Shown: piece after piece, positions 24,213 to 34,298 of the stretch
Position numbering within the stretch: position 1 is the stretch's first letter
Layout of the letters: every line of letters begins with the position of its first letter
Source of the DNA: Myxococcales bacterium
GTDB lineage: Bacteria; Myxococcota_A; Polyangia; Polyangiales; JADJMO01
DNA: 64,000 nt
Direction of reading: 5' to 3'
NCBI GenBank assembly: GCA_016709545.1
Contig: JADJMO010000002.1
Location: 289,993-353,992 of the forward strand
Notes under the pieces: generated by a model
Database searches by the model: none
The model's input: the letters and a program-made list of their open reading frames with translations, nothing else
What the model was told of the DNA's origin: nothing
Translations under genes and position numbers: made by a program

Positions 24213-24794
24213 ATGTGGGCAACCCGATTCCTGGTCTTCGGTGCATTCCTCCTTGGCCTGGGCTGCCAGCCGCGCGGGCTGCAGGCCAAGCGCGAGCTGC
24301 CCGGGAAGGTGAAGCCGGTCGTCGCGAAGCTGGCCGGGGTGCCCGAGTCGCAGGTCGAGGTCGAGCTCGGCCACGAGGTGCTCACCTACGTGTGGACGGC
24401 CAAGGCCGACGCCAAGAACGGCCCGCCCTACCGCTGCTTCGTCGACGTGAAGGTGGCGTTCTGCAGCCGCGACGCCGGCATCCTCGGGCAGCTCGTCGCC
24501 CACCGCCGCCTCGGCGACAACCGCGGCAGCCTCACCGACGGCCAGTGGGTCGACCTGGTCAAGAGCGCGGTCGGCCTGCAGCAGGTGTTCGGCGACAAGC
24601 ACTTCGAGATGCCGCCGGGCACGAGCGACGCCCAGAAGGGCAAGCTCGAGATCCCCCGCGTCGACCGCCCCAACGACGAGGGCGCGGTCTACGTGGACAT
24701 CTACGGCACCGACGAGAAGGCCGCGCTCGTGCGGGTGCGCGCCGGCATCCACGGCGACACCGCGCAGGTCGCCGTGGAGCCGGTCAAGGGCTGA
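24213..24794 (+). CDS. hypothetical lipoprotein
   Basis: ATG 24213 gives [19 protein letters not shown] (lipobox). GC3-rich. No recognisable domain. Confidence 0.6.
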   Translation: MWATRFLVFGAFLLGLGCQPRGLQAKRELPGKVKPVVAKLAGVPESQVEVELGHEVLTYVWTAKADAKNGPPYRCFVDVKVAFCSRDAGILGQLVAHRRLGDNRGSLTDGQWVDLVKSAVGLQQVFGDKHFEMPPGTSDAQKGKLEIPRVDRPNDEGAVYVDIYGTDEKAALVRVRAGIHGDTAQVAVEPVKG

Positions 24795-24808
24795 GTTGCT
24801 GGACCGGA

Positions 24809-25855
24809 TCACTCCTTCTCGAAGACGCCGCGCTTCTCCTGGTCGCGCTCGATGCTGCGGAACAGGGCGCCGAAGTTCCCCTCGCCGAACGAGCTGTGGT
24901 TCTTGCGCTGGATGATCTCGATGAAGATGGGCCCGACCAGGTTCTTGGTGAAGATCTGCAGCAGGTAGCCCTCGTGGTCGCCGTCGACGAGCACGTTGCG
25001 GCGGCGGATCTCGGCGCGGTCCTCGCTCACCTGCGGCACGCGGTCGTAGATGGTGGCGTAGTACTCGTCGTCGATGTCCAGCATCTGGATCTCGGCCTGC
25101 CCCTCGAGCGCGCGCAGCGAGGCGAGGATGTCGTCGGTCAGGAACGCGAGGTGCTGGATGCCCGGGCCCTTGTACTCGTCGAGGTACTCGTTGATCTGGC
25201 TCTTCTTCTCGTCGGCCTCGTTGATCGGGATGCAGAAGCTCCCATCGGGCGAGCGCAGGGCGTACGAGGTGAGGCCGGTCTTGGCGCCGCGGATGTCGAA
25301 GTAGCGCACCTCGGTGAAGCCGAAGACCTCCTTGTAGAACGAGGCCCACGTCAACATCGTGCCCTTGGCCACGTTGTTGGTCAGGTGGTCGACGACGGTG
25401 AAGCCCTTGCCCGCCACGAGCTCCGGCTTCTCGTGGGGCACGAAGCCCCGGCGCGACAGGTCGCGGTCGTCGATGAAGTAGATCAGCGAGTCACCGATGC
25501 CGAAGATGCAGGCGTCGTCGACCGAGTGGTCGCCCTCGGGGCGCACCCGGGCGCCGCGCGCGGCGGCGGCGGCGAGGGCCTTCTTCTTGTCGTGCACCCG
25601 CCACCCCATCGCGCAGATGCTGGGGCCGTGTGCGGCCGAGAACGACGCGGCGAACGAGCGCTTCTCGCGGTTGAGCAGGAACGTGATGTCGCCCTGCTGG
25701 TAGACGTCGATGTCCTTGCTCGCGTGGCGCATCGTCTTCGAGAAGCCGAAGGCCTGGAGCAGGCGGTGGAGCGCGTCCGGATCCGGGGAGGTGACCTCCA
25801 CGAAGTCGATGCCACACAGACCCACGGGGTTCTTCTCGGTCTCGGTCGCGCTCAT
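24809..25855 (-). CDS. hppD: 4-hydroxyphenylpyruvate dioxygenase
   Basis: C-terminal 348 codons of the spurious ORF 24809..28294. GIDFVEV, VVDHLTNNV, GIQHLAF, LLQIFT, FIEIIQR..GFGEGNF-type blocks. Confidence 0.9.
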   Translation of the reverse strand: MSATETEKNPVGLCGIDFVEVTSPDPDALHRLLQAFGFSKTMRHASKDIDVYQQGDITFLLNREKRSFAASFSAAHGPSICAMGWRVHDKKKALAAAAARGARVRPEGDHSVDDACIFGIGDSLIYFIDDRDLSRRGFVPHEKPELVAGKGFTVVDHLTNNVAKGTMLTWASFYKEVFGFTEVRYFDIRGAKTGLTSYALRSPDGSFCIPINEADEKKSQINEYLDEYKGPGIQHLAFLTDDILASLRALEGQAEIQMLDIDDEYYATIYDRVPQVSEDRAEIRRRNVLVDGDHEGYLLQIFTKNLVGPIFIEIIQRKNHSSFGEGNFGALFRSIERDQEKRGVFEKE

Positions 25856-26955
25856 CGCCAGCTCCTCCAGTACTCGTCGTTCTCCACGGCGCGGGCGGCA
25901 TCGCACGCCCGCAGGGGATTCTTGGTGTCGAGCATCACGGCGACCTCCTCGGTGCGCGTGACGCCGGCGGTGCGCTCCATCGCCTTCGGGTGTGGCCCGT
26001 GGTGGATGCCCTGCGGGTGGAAGGTGAGCATCCCGGGCGCGATGCCGGCGCGGCTGAAGAACTCGCCGCGGTGGTAGAACAGCACCTCGTCGAAATCGAT
26101 GTTCGAGTGGTAGAACGGCACCTTCAGCGCGTGCGGGTCGCCGTTCTCGAGCGGGCGCGGCAAGAAGGTGCACACCACCGCGTTGTGCATCACGAACGTC
26201 GTGTGGGCGCTCGGCGGCAGGTGGTAGCGGTCCGAGAGCACGGGGCGGATGTCGCGCACGTGCAGCTGCTGGACCGAGAGCGTGCCCTTCCAGCCGACCA
26301 CGTCGAGCGGGCAGAACGGGTAGTGCACGGTGGTGACCGCGCCCTCGCGCAGGATGCGGAGCTCGTATTCGCCCTCGGCGTTCGGGGCCTGCGTCGAGCC
26401 CTCCTCGGGCGAAGGCACCTTGATCACGGCCGGGTCGAACAGCGCGTGCTGGCCGAGCATGCCCTTGTCCGGGAAGTCGATCTCGCTGTTGGCCTCGACG
26501 AGGAGGAACGACGAGCGCGACGTCGGCGCGAGGCGGTAGGCGGTGCCGCGCGGCACGAGCAGGTAGTGCCCGGGCTCGTACGAGAGCGGCCCGAAGTCGG
26601 TCTCGATGCGGCCCGCGCCCTCGTGCACGAACAGGAGCTCGTCCGAGTCCGCGTTGCGCAGCACGTAGGGCATCGGCGTCGAGAGGGTGGCGACCGAGAG
26701 CCGGACGTCGGCGTTCTCGAGGATCGGGCGGCGCGTCGTGAGCCAGTCCTCGGCGCCCTCGACCTTGCGCAGGTCGTAGGCGCGCGGCCGGAGCGGCCCC
26801 TCGATCTTGGTCCAGCCGACCGGCGGGTGCTGCCGGTAGAGGTGCGCGTAGCGCCCGAAGAAGCCGTTGCGCGCGTACTCCTCTTCGACCGTGCCTTCGG
26901 GCAGCCCGACGTGCGCCTGCGTGGCGACGCGACCGCGGATCCAGGGGATGTCCAT
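25852..26955 (-). CDS. hmgA: homogentisate 1,2-dioxygenase
   Basis: Directly upstream of hppD with a 4-nt ATGA overlap. ATG 26955 preferred because the TTG at 26997 would overlap the operator-like repeats. Sequence is consistent with the short bacterial HmgA type. Confidence 0.75.
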   Translation of the reverse strand: MDIPWIRGRVATQAHVGLPEGTVEEEYARNGFFGRYAHLYRQHPPVGWTKIEGPLRPRAYDLRKVEGAEDWLTTRRPILENADVRLSVATLSTPMPYVLRNADSDELLFVHEGAGRIETDFGPLSYEPGHYLLVPRGTAYRLAPTSRSSFLLVEANSEIDFPDKGMLGQHALFDPAVIKVPSPEEGSTQAPNAEGEYELRILREGAVTTVHYPFCPLDVVGWKGTLSVQQLHVRDIRPVLSDRYHLPPSAHTTFVMHNAVVCTFLPRPLENGDPHALKVPFYHSNIDFDEVLFYHRGEFFSRAGIAPGMLTFHPQGIHHGPHPKAMERTAGVTRTEEVAVMLDTKNPLRACDAARAVENDEYWRSWR

Positions 26956-26993
26956 GGTGACGGAACGTAGTGGGAGCGGCCCCGGTGGATAGA

Positions 26994-27032
26994 ACAATGA
27001 TTTGCATCACATTGTGAAGTGCGTGAACAATG
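26994..27032. promoter_or_regulatory. LysR-type operator-like repeats in the hmgA / LysR divergent region
   Basis: ACAATG-N10-CATTGT-N11-ACAATG. The second pair fits the T-N11-A LysR box. Sits in the locally AT-richer stretch between the divergent genes. Confidence 0.55.
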
Positions 27033-27039
27033 TCGGAAC

Positions 27040-27084
27040 CGGAGCGTAGGACCGGACAGGGACGGTCCGGGAGCGACAAAGAGA
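27040..27084 (-). repeat. REP-like GC-rich intergenic repeat, copy 4 (inverted orientation)
   Basis: cggagcgtaggaccggacagggacggtccgggagcgacaaagaga is the reverse complement of the 12301-type element, with a few mismatches. Confidence 0.7.
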
Positions 27085-27106
27085 AATGGACGTCACGCTC
27101 GATTAG

Positions 27107-27950
27107 ATGCGCGTCCTCGACGCGCTCGCGCGGCACGGAACGCTGCAGAAGGCGGCGGCCTCGCTGCGCAAGGGGCACACGGCGATCCTCTACGCGCTCA
27201 CCCGCCTGGAGGAGGAGACGGGGCTGTCGCTGCTGGATCGCCGCGGCTACCGCACGCGCCTCACGGGCGCGGGCGACCGCGTCCTCGAGCAGTGCCGCAA
27301 GCTGCTCGCCGAGGAGCGCGCCCTCGCGGTGGTGGTCGCCGAGCTGAAGAGCGGCTGGGAGCCCTCGCTGCACGTCGTGCTCGACGGCGTGCTGCCGATC
27401 GCGCCGATCCTCTCGGTGGTGGCCGCGCTGCGCAAGGAGGGCGCGCCCACGCGGCTGCGCGTGTCGGTCGCCTTCCTCGGCGGGGTCGAGGAGGCCTTCG
27501 TGCGCGAGGACGCAGACCTGATGGTGGCGGTGCTCCCGCCCGAGGCGCACGGCCTCCGCACGGTGCGCCTGCCGCCGCTCCGCGCCCAGCTCGTCGCCCA
27601 CCGCTCGCACCCGCTCGCGCGCGCGAAGGGGCCGCTCCCGCTCGACGCGCTCGACCCCCACGTGCTCGTCACGGTGCGCGGCTCCGACCCCCGGCTCCGA
27701 GCTCTCGACGGGGCCGCTCGACCAGCGCTCGACGGTGCAGCTCGCCGACTTCGCGGCGAAGAAGGCGGCCATCCTGCAGGGGATCGGCTTCGGGTGGTTG
27801 CCCGAGCACCTGCTGTCGCCGGAGCTGGGCCAGAGGGAGCTGCGGGCGCTCCCCCTCGAGCGCGGCGCCGTGCACACGTTCCAGCCGCGCCTGCACCACA
27901 AGGAGCACCTCGGCCGCGCAGCCACGCGGGTGGTCGAGGCCCTGCGCTGA
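27107..27950 (+). pseudogene. LysR-family transcriptional regulator, frame broken in a C5 run at 27688-27692
   Basis: The HTH N-terminus (MRVLDALARHGTLQKAAASL..) and substrate-domain start are in one frame up to VRGSDP. The C-terminus (..TVQLADFAAKKAAILQGIGFGWLPEHL..) is ORF 27735..27950 in another frame. Removing one C joins them. Confidence 0.8.
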
Positions 27951-28013
27951 TCGACCGATTTTCTTCCCGCACGAATGGTGAGCGCCCGTTTTACATTCGT
28001 GCGGCTCCGAAAA

Positions 28014-28394
28014 ATGGCACTCTCCTTCGCGATGACGACGCGAAAGCCCTCGTCCTCTCCGTTCGCCGCGCTGGCTGCGCTGCGTGACGCGTTGCCGGCC
28101 GGTCCCGAGCCGACCCCGCCCGCTGCGCCGGCAGACAAGGCCGCACCAGCCTCGACGCTCGGCGACAAGCTGGTCGTCTCCCGCTCCAAGAAGGGGCGCG
28201 GCGGCAAGACCGTCACCACGATCGCGGGGGTGACCGAGTCGCTGCGCGAAGGGCTCGCCCACGATCTCCGGAAGGCGCTCGGGTGCGGCGCCACCGTCGA
28301 GGACGGGCTCGTCGTCGTGCAGGGCGATCAGACCACGCGCGTCCGCACGCTGCTCGAGGCCCGCGGCGTCCGCAAGGTCATCGTCGGCAGCTGA
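28014..28394 (+). CDS. yciH: SUI1/eIF1-family translation initiation factor-like protein (YciH)
   Basis: KKGRGGKTVTTIAGV...LRKALGCGATVEDGLVVVQGDQ..RVRTLLEARG is typical YciH. Start uncertain (27975, 28014 or 28032). Confidence 0.8.
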   Translation: MALSFAMTTRKPSSSPFAALAALRDALPAGPEPTPPAAPADKAAPASTLGDKLVVSRSKKGRGGKTVTTIAGVTESLREGLAHDLRKALGCGATVEDGLVVVQGDQTTRVRTLLEARGVRKVIVGS

Positions 28395-28403
28395 GCAGCT
28401 CGC

Positions 28404-28967
28404 TCACTTCTTGTGCTTGGCGTGCATCGTCTCGCGGAGGATCTTCATCCCCTCGTGGCACGCGGCCACCTTGGCGACGTCACCGGCACTGCTGCCCGCG
28501 ATCGTGCAGGAGACGACCAGCCCGGCCCCGTCCGGGAGCGTCTCGGTCCCGAAGAACACCACCCAGGGGAACGGCGCGAGCCCCTTGGTCTCGGGGTGCT
28601 TCGGGTCGTCCTGCTGCAGCTCGAAGCCGAGCGTCGAGAACTCGAGCCCGGCGAGCTTGCCCTCGAGCTTGGTCGACTGCTTGCCGGCGTACTTGCCGAG
28701 GCGCACGCTCTCGCGAGCGACGAACGCCTGGATCTCCTCGTCGTGCGTGCTCGGCTTCGCCCGCTCGACCACCTTGTAGTCGTGGCTCATGTCGCAGAAC
28801 CAGCTGCCGCCGCCCTCCATCTCCACGAAGTTGCATTTCTCGAAGAAGCTGCGGCTCGACGAGCCCGGCGGGAACAGCGCGAGCCCGTCGGGGCCGTACG
28901 CGTGACGAGCGCAGGCGGCGAGACCGAAGGCGAAGACGACGAGGAACGCGGCAGAGAGGAAGCGCAT
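28404..28967 (-). CDS. hypothetical lipoprotein
   Basis: ATG 28967 gives MRFLSAAFLVVFAFGLAAC (lipobox). GC3-rich. It is the C-terminal part of the longer ORF 28404..29345. Confidence 0.6.
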   Translation of the reverse strand: MRFLSAAFLVVFAFGLAACARHAYGPDGLALFPPGSSSRSFFEKCNFVEMEGGGSWFCDMSHDYKVVERAKPSTHDEEIQAFVARESVRLGKYAGKQSTKLEGKLAGLEFSTLGFELQQDDPKHPETKGLAPFPWVVFFGTETLPDGAGLVVSCTIAGSSAGDVAKVAACHEGMKILRETMHAKHKK

Positions 28968-29002
28968 CGACGACAGCGTAGTCGAGCGCGGGGCCTCTGG
29001 GA

Positions 29003-29227
29003 TCAGCCGCGCACGCTGAGCTTGTGGAGCACGTCGCGCTCGGTGTCGATCGCCGTCTTCGCCACGGCGACGTTCGCGGACAGGAGGCGGGCCGAGAGCG
29101 AGAGGCTCACCAGGTCGGACACGACGTTCCCTTCCCCGGCTCCCGCGGCGACGAGGCTCTTGGCGGCGGCCTCCGCCGAGGCGCCGGCGCGCTCGATGCC
29201 CTGGGCTGCGATCGGGAGGACCCTCAT
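29003..29227 (-). CDS. small hypothetical protein (74 aa), weakly YjfB/putative-motility-protein-like
   Basis: ATG 29227. Almost all codons end in G/C. ..SLSLSARLLSANVAVAKTAIDTERDVLHKL resembles the YjfB family pattern (weak, by eye). Confidence 0.45.
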   Translation of the reverse strand: MRVLPIAAQGIERAGASAEAAAKSLVAAGAGEGNVVSDLVSLSLSARLLSANVAVAKTAIDTERDVLHKLSVRG

Positions 29228-29410
29228 GGACGGAGGGACGGACCACTTCCCGGGGACTTGAGCAAGTCGTTGCGCGATCGGCGCAGCGCCCCGCGCGTCG
29301 CCTCCGTGTGGCAGGGGGGGCGGCCGGCTCTCGTCGGCGTGACACGGCTCGTTTTCAGCGGGTTCGCGGACCGCTCGGCCGAGGAACGGAGGTTGCTCTC
29401 GGGCTTGCCC

Positions 29411-30634
29411 ATGTCGCCCACCCGCTCGCTCGGTGCCCTCCTGCCGTGGTTGCTCGTGTCCTGCGCGTTCCAGCCCCACGACGGGGACACCGGCAGCGCG
29501 AGCACGGCCGCCGAGCCGAACGGCGTGCTCGGCCCCCGCGAGGTGCGGGACTACGAGCTCCCGCTCCCACCGCTCGGCGAGAGCGCCGATCTCTTCCGCG
29601 GCCTACCGAAGGCCGACTTCGTCTCGCCGGACCGCACCCTCACCGACGACACGACGAGCTTCTCGCTCCAGGAGTGGGACACGCCGGTCAAGTCGCAGGG
29701 CTCACGGCCCTGGTGCACGGCCTTCGCGCAGGTGGGCGTCATCGAGAACATGGTCCGCCACGGGTTCGGCGAGATCATCAACCTCTCCGAGATCGACCAC
29801 TGGGACCACTACCAAGAGTACGCGATCGTCCCGTCCATCGAGGCCTCACGCAAGACCATGATCGTCCCCGAGACCTCCTGGCCCTACTACGGCAGCCCGA
29901 TCAGCGGATACCGCTCGACCGCCATCGCCAAGATCACCTCGTGGCGCAGCCTCACCAAGCGCAGCCAGGTGTGGGACTCGCTGCGCGCGCAGCACCCCGT
30001 GCACCTCGGCGTCGACCTGAACAACTCCTGGAACGCGCCGGGCAAGGGTGGCCGGATCAACGTCGGCAGCGGCTTCATCGGCGGACACGCGATGGCGATC
30101 GTCGGCTACCAGGAGGACCCGACCTACGAGGGCGGCGGCTACTTCCTGATCAAGAACTCGTGGGGGTCGAAGGGGGGCGACCTCGGCTACGCCCGCATGC
30201 CCTACGACTACTGCAAGTACCACAACTGCTATTTCCTCGAGACGCTCGGGGTCGTGTACGCCGGCAAGACCTGGGACGGCACCACACCTCCGCCGCCTCC
30301 GCCGCCCAGCGACGACCCGACGGCGGCAGACCTCGTCGTCGTGGTCCGCAAGAACCCCAAGGAGGCGAGCAAGTTCACGCTGACGCTCGCCGAGAAGCGG
30401 ACCGGGGCGCTCGCGAAGGTCAAGAGCGTCACCTACGACGTGCACGAGACGTTCAAGGAGTTCCGGCTCGCGACGGTGAACGACCCCAAGGACGGGTTCG
30501 TGATCCCCTACGAGTACACGACGTATTTCAAGGGTCGCTGGAAGACCAACGGGGCCGCCATCCAGCTCGCGAGCGGCGCGACGCTGAACGTGCCCGGCGC
30601 CAGCGTGGACTGGTTCTTCGTCGACAAGGGGTGA
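29411..30634 (+). CDS. papain-like (C1 family) cysteine peptidase lipoprotein with extra C-terminal beta-rich domain
   Basis: MSPTRSLGALLPWLLVSCA lipobox. Catalytic blocks VKSQGSRPWCTAF (Q..C), GGHAMAIVGY (H), IKNSWG (N-S-W). Poly-Pro linker, then a ~110-aa domain. Confidence 0.85.
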   Translation: MSPTRSLGALLPWLLVSCAFQPHDGDTGSASTAAEPNGVLGPREVRDYELPLPPLGESADLFRGLPKADFVSPDRTLTDDTTSFSLQEWDTPVKSQGSRPWCTAFAQVGVIENMVRHGFGEIINLSEIDHWDHYQEYAIVPSIEASRKTMIVPETSWPYYGSPISGYRSTAIAKITSWRSLTKRSQVWDSLRAQHPVHLGVDLNNSWNAPGKGGRINVGSGFIGGHAMAIVGYQEDPTYEGGGYFLIKNSWGSKGGDLGYARMPYDYCKYHNCYFLETLGVVYAGKTWDGTTPPPPPPPSDDPTAADLVVVVRKNPKEASKFTLTLAEKRTGALAKVKSVTYDVHETFKEFRLATVNDPKDGFVIPYEYTTYFKGRWKTNGAAIQLASGATLNVPGASVDWFFVDKG

Positions 30635-30667
30635 GCACACCCACCCCGCGAACGGGGCGGCGAGCGG

Positions 30668-31480
30668 TCAGGGAATCGAGCGGCGGATGGTCGTGCGCTC
30701 GTCGTCCCGCACGTCGCGCATCGCGACCACGTGGATGAAGCGCGCGATGTCGGCGTACGGCGAGACGGCGCCCGCCGCGTCCTCGAACGCGAGGATGGCG
30801 CCGAAGTCCTTCTCGAGGGCCACGTCGGGTACGAAGTCGGCCGCGACGCGGATGCCGAACATGCCCGAGATGACGAGCCCGGAGCGCGCAGCGCGGCTCC
30901 GCAAGCCGTCGACCTCGTACACGCGCCGCTGGATGCCGAAGGTCATGTCGGGCTCGGTGCGCGGGCTGCCGAGCGCGTCGAGCGCGCGCTGACAGAGCCC
31001 GCGTACGGCGAGGCCGAGGGGGACGAAGTGGCGGTTCGGCACCACGACCGAGACCGAACCTCCCGGCCCGGTGAGCTTGCTCAGCACGCCCCAGATGGGC
31101 TCGTCTTCGAGGTACTCGAGGGTGCAGTGCGCGATGACGAGCTGGAAGCGCGCATCCGACCAGGCGTCGGCCACGTCTTCCACCTTGGACTGCACGAAGC
31201 GCAGGCGCTGGCGCACGGCGGCGGGCGCGGCGGCGGCGTTGCGCTGCGCCTGCTCGATCATCGCCTTGGCCGGGTCGAGCACGGTGACGTTGGCGCCTTC
31301 GGCCGCGAGCCGCAGGGCGATCTCGCCCGTGCCCGCGCCGACGTCCAGCACCTCGACGTCGGTCAGCCGCACGAGGCGGCGCAGCTGCCGCACCGCGAGC
31401 TCCGTACGCAGGCGGCCGAGGGGGCTCGTGAGTAGCTCACCGTAGGCGGCAGCGCCGCGATCGAAACGCTCCTCGGTCAC
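30668..31480 (-). CDS. class I SAM-dependent methyltransferase
   Basis: Motif I VLDVGAGTGEIA, followed by the acidic VLDPA and motif-II-like blocks. Confidence 0.8.
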   Translation of the reverse strand: MTEERFDRGAAAYGELLTSPLGRLRTELAVRQLRRLVRLTDVEVLDVGAGTGEIALRLAAEGANVTVLDPAKAMIEQAQRNAAAAPAAVRQRLRFVQSKVEDVADAWSDARFQLVIAHCTLEYLEDEPIWGVLSKLTGPGGSVSVVVPNRHFVPLGLAVRGLCQRALDALGSPRTEPDMTFGIQRRVYEVDGLRSRAARSGLVISGMFGIRVAADFVPDVALEKDFGAILAFEDAAGAVSPYADIARFIHVVAMRDVRDDERTTIRRSIP

Positions 31481-31520
31481 GAACGGTCCTTGGTCAAGGC
31501 TCTCGGCTCCCTCGCCACCA

Positions 31521-33062
<1,542 letters not shown>

Positions 33063-33164
33063 GGTCGTAGGAGGCTACCACCGTCCGCCCAGCCGGGCAC
33101 TTTTTGGTGGCATCGTCGCAGGAAGCCGGCCGAAGCAGGCAACCATGCGCCAGCGCAGGGTCTC

Positions 33165-34220
33165 TCAGAACGCGCCGAAGACGCCGACGGAGTTGACCCC
33201 GACCCACGGGCGCACCCAGGCGCCGGTCGCGGGGGGCGGCGCGCTCTTGGCCGTGAGGAGCAGGGTGATGCCGACGCCGGCCGAGACGATGCCCACGCCG
33301 TAGCCGATGAAAGAGAGGGTGCGGTAGCCCTTCCACTGGCTGTCGAGATCGTTGACCGCGGGGAGGTTCGCAGCGGGGCAGGTGCCGTTCGGGCAGAGCG
33401 CGTCCGCGTCCGACCGGGTGCCCTGCCACTTGAGCAGGAACACCGTGCCGACGGCGAGGCCCACCACGCCGACGCCGATCAGCGTGAAGGGCAGCACCCG
33501 CGACGGCCCTTCGCCAGCGTCCGGCGGCGGGTCCTTCTTCTCGGGCGGCGGCTGGTCCTTCGGATCGACCGGCGGCGGGTCCTTCTTGTCACCGCCGCCA
33601 CTCTTGCCGGCCTCGAGCTTCAGGGTGACGGTCTCGTTGGCGCCTTCGGCGAGGTTGATGGTCTGCTTGGCGGTGTTGCCGCCGCCGTCCTTGGCCTCGA
33701 GGGTGTGCTCACCGGGATCGACCGGACGGGGCAGGCCGATGAGGGCGGACTTGACCACCTCGCCGTCGAGCTTGACCTCGGCGTTCTTGGCGTCGCCGCC
33801 CTCGACGACGATCTTGAGCTGCGGGATCTTGGGCTCGAGGGGCGTGATCTCGGCCTGCGCGGCGGTCTTGGCGTCGCTCCAGGCCTTGGGCTTGCCGGCG
33901 GGGATGTCTTCCTTGACCACCTTCAAGTAGTATTCGCGCCCCTTCACCAGGCGCCCGATGGCCACGTGCGCGCGGGCCAGGAACAAGAGGTGCTGCGGCG
34001 AGTGCACCAGCGATTCTGCGCGGGTGAACAGGTCGATCGCGTCGGTCCAGCGCTTCTGGTCCATGGCCTTGGCCCCGTCGGTCGCGAACTGGCGGGCGGC
34101 GGCCTTGTCCTCGTCGGACTGCGCAAAGGCGGGCGCCGAGCCGAGAGCGAGCGAGCCAGTGGCGAGCGCGACGGAGAGGAGCCCTGCGGTGAGCCGGCGC
34201 GAGAAGGAGTGGAGACGCAT
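33165..34220 (-). CDS. secreted protein with TPR-like N-domain, PEGA-like beta domain, Pro/Lys/Asp linker and C-terminal TM segments
   Basis: ATG 34220 gives MRLHSFSRRLTAGLLSVALATGSLALGSAPAFA (signal). It is the C-terminal 351 codons of the spurious 1250-aa ORF 33165..36917. Confidence 0.65.
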   Translation of the reverse strand: MRLHSFSRRLTAGLLSVALATGSLALGSAPAFAQSDEDKAAARQFATDGAKAMDQKRWTDAIDLFTRAESLVHSPQHLLFLARAHVAIGRLVKGREYYLKVVKEDIPAGKPKAWSDAKTAAQAEITPLEPKIPQLKIVVEGGDAKNAEVKLDGEVVKSALIGLPRPVDPGEHTLEAKDGGGNTAKQTINLAEGANETVTLKLEAGKSGGGDKKDPPPVDPKDQPPPEKKDPPPDAGEGPSRVLPFTLIGVGVVGLAVGTVFLLKWQGTRSDADALCPNGTCPAANLPAVNDLDSQWKGYRTLSFIGYGVGIVSAGVGITLLLTAKSAPPPATGAWVRPWVGVNSVGVFGAF

Positions 34221-34298
34221 GCCGCGGACCATACCAAGCGACGGGCTTGGTGGGAACGGGGGTGGAATCGCGGGACGATGCGGGGCTAGCATCACGCG

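Noticed and set aside
24809-28294. 1161-aa ORF on the minus strand
   Set aside because: Only the last 348 codons (hppD) are real. The upstream part is antisense or out of frame to hmgA, the LysR gene and yciH, and translates to Arg/Pro/Ala-rich junk.
29024-29410. Upstream 129 codons of ORF 29024..30634 as part of the peptidase
   Set aside because: This part is antisense to the well-coded 74-aa gene. The lipobox signal peptide begins at ATG 29411.
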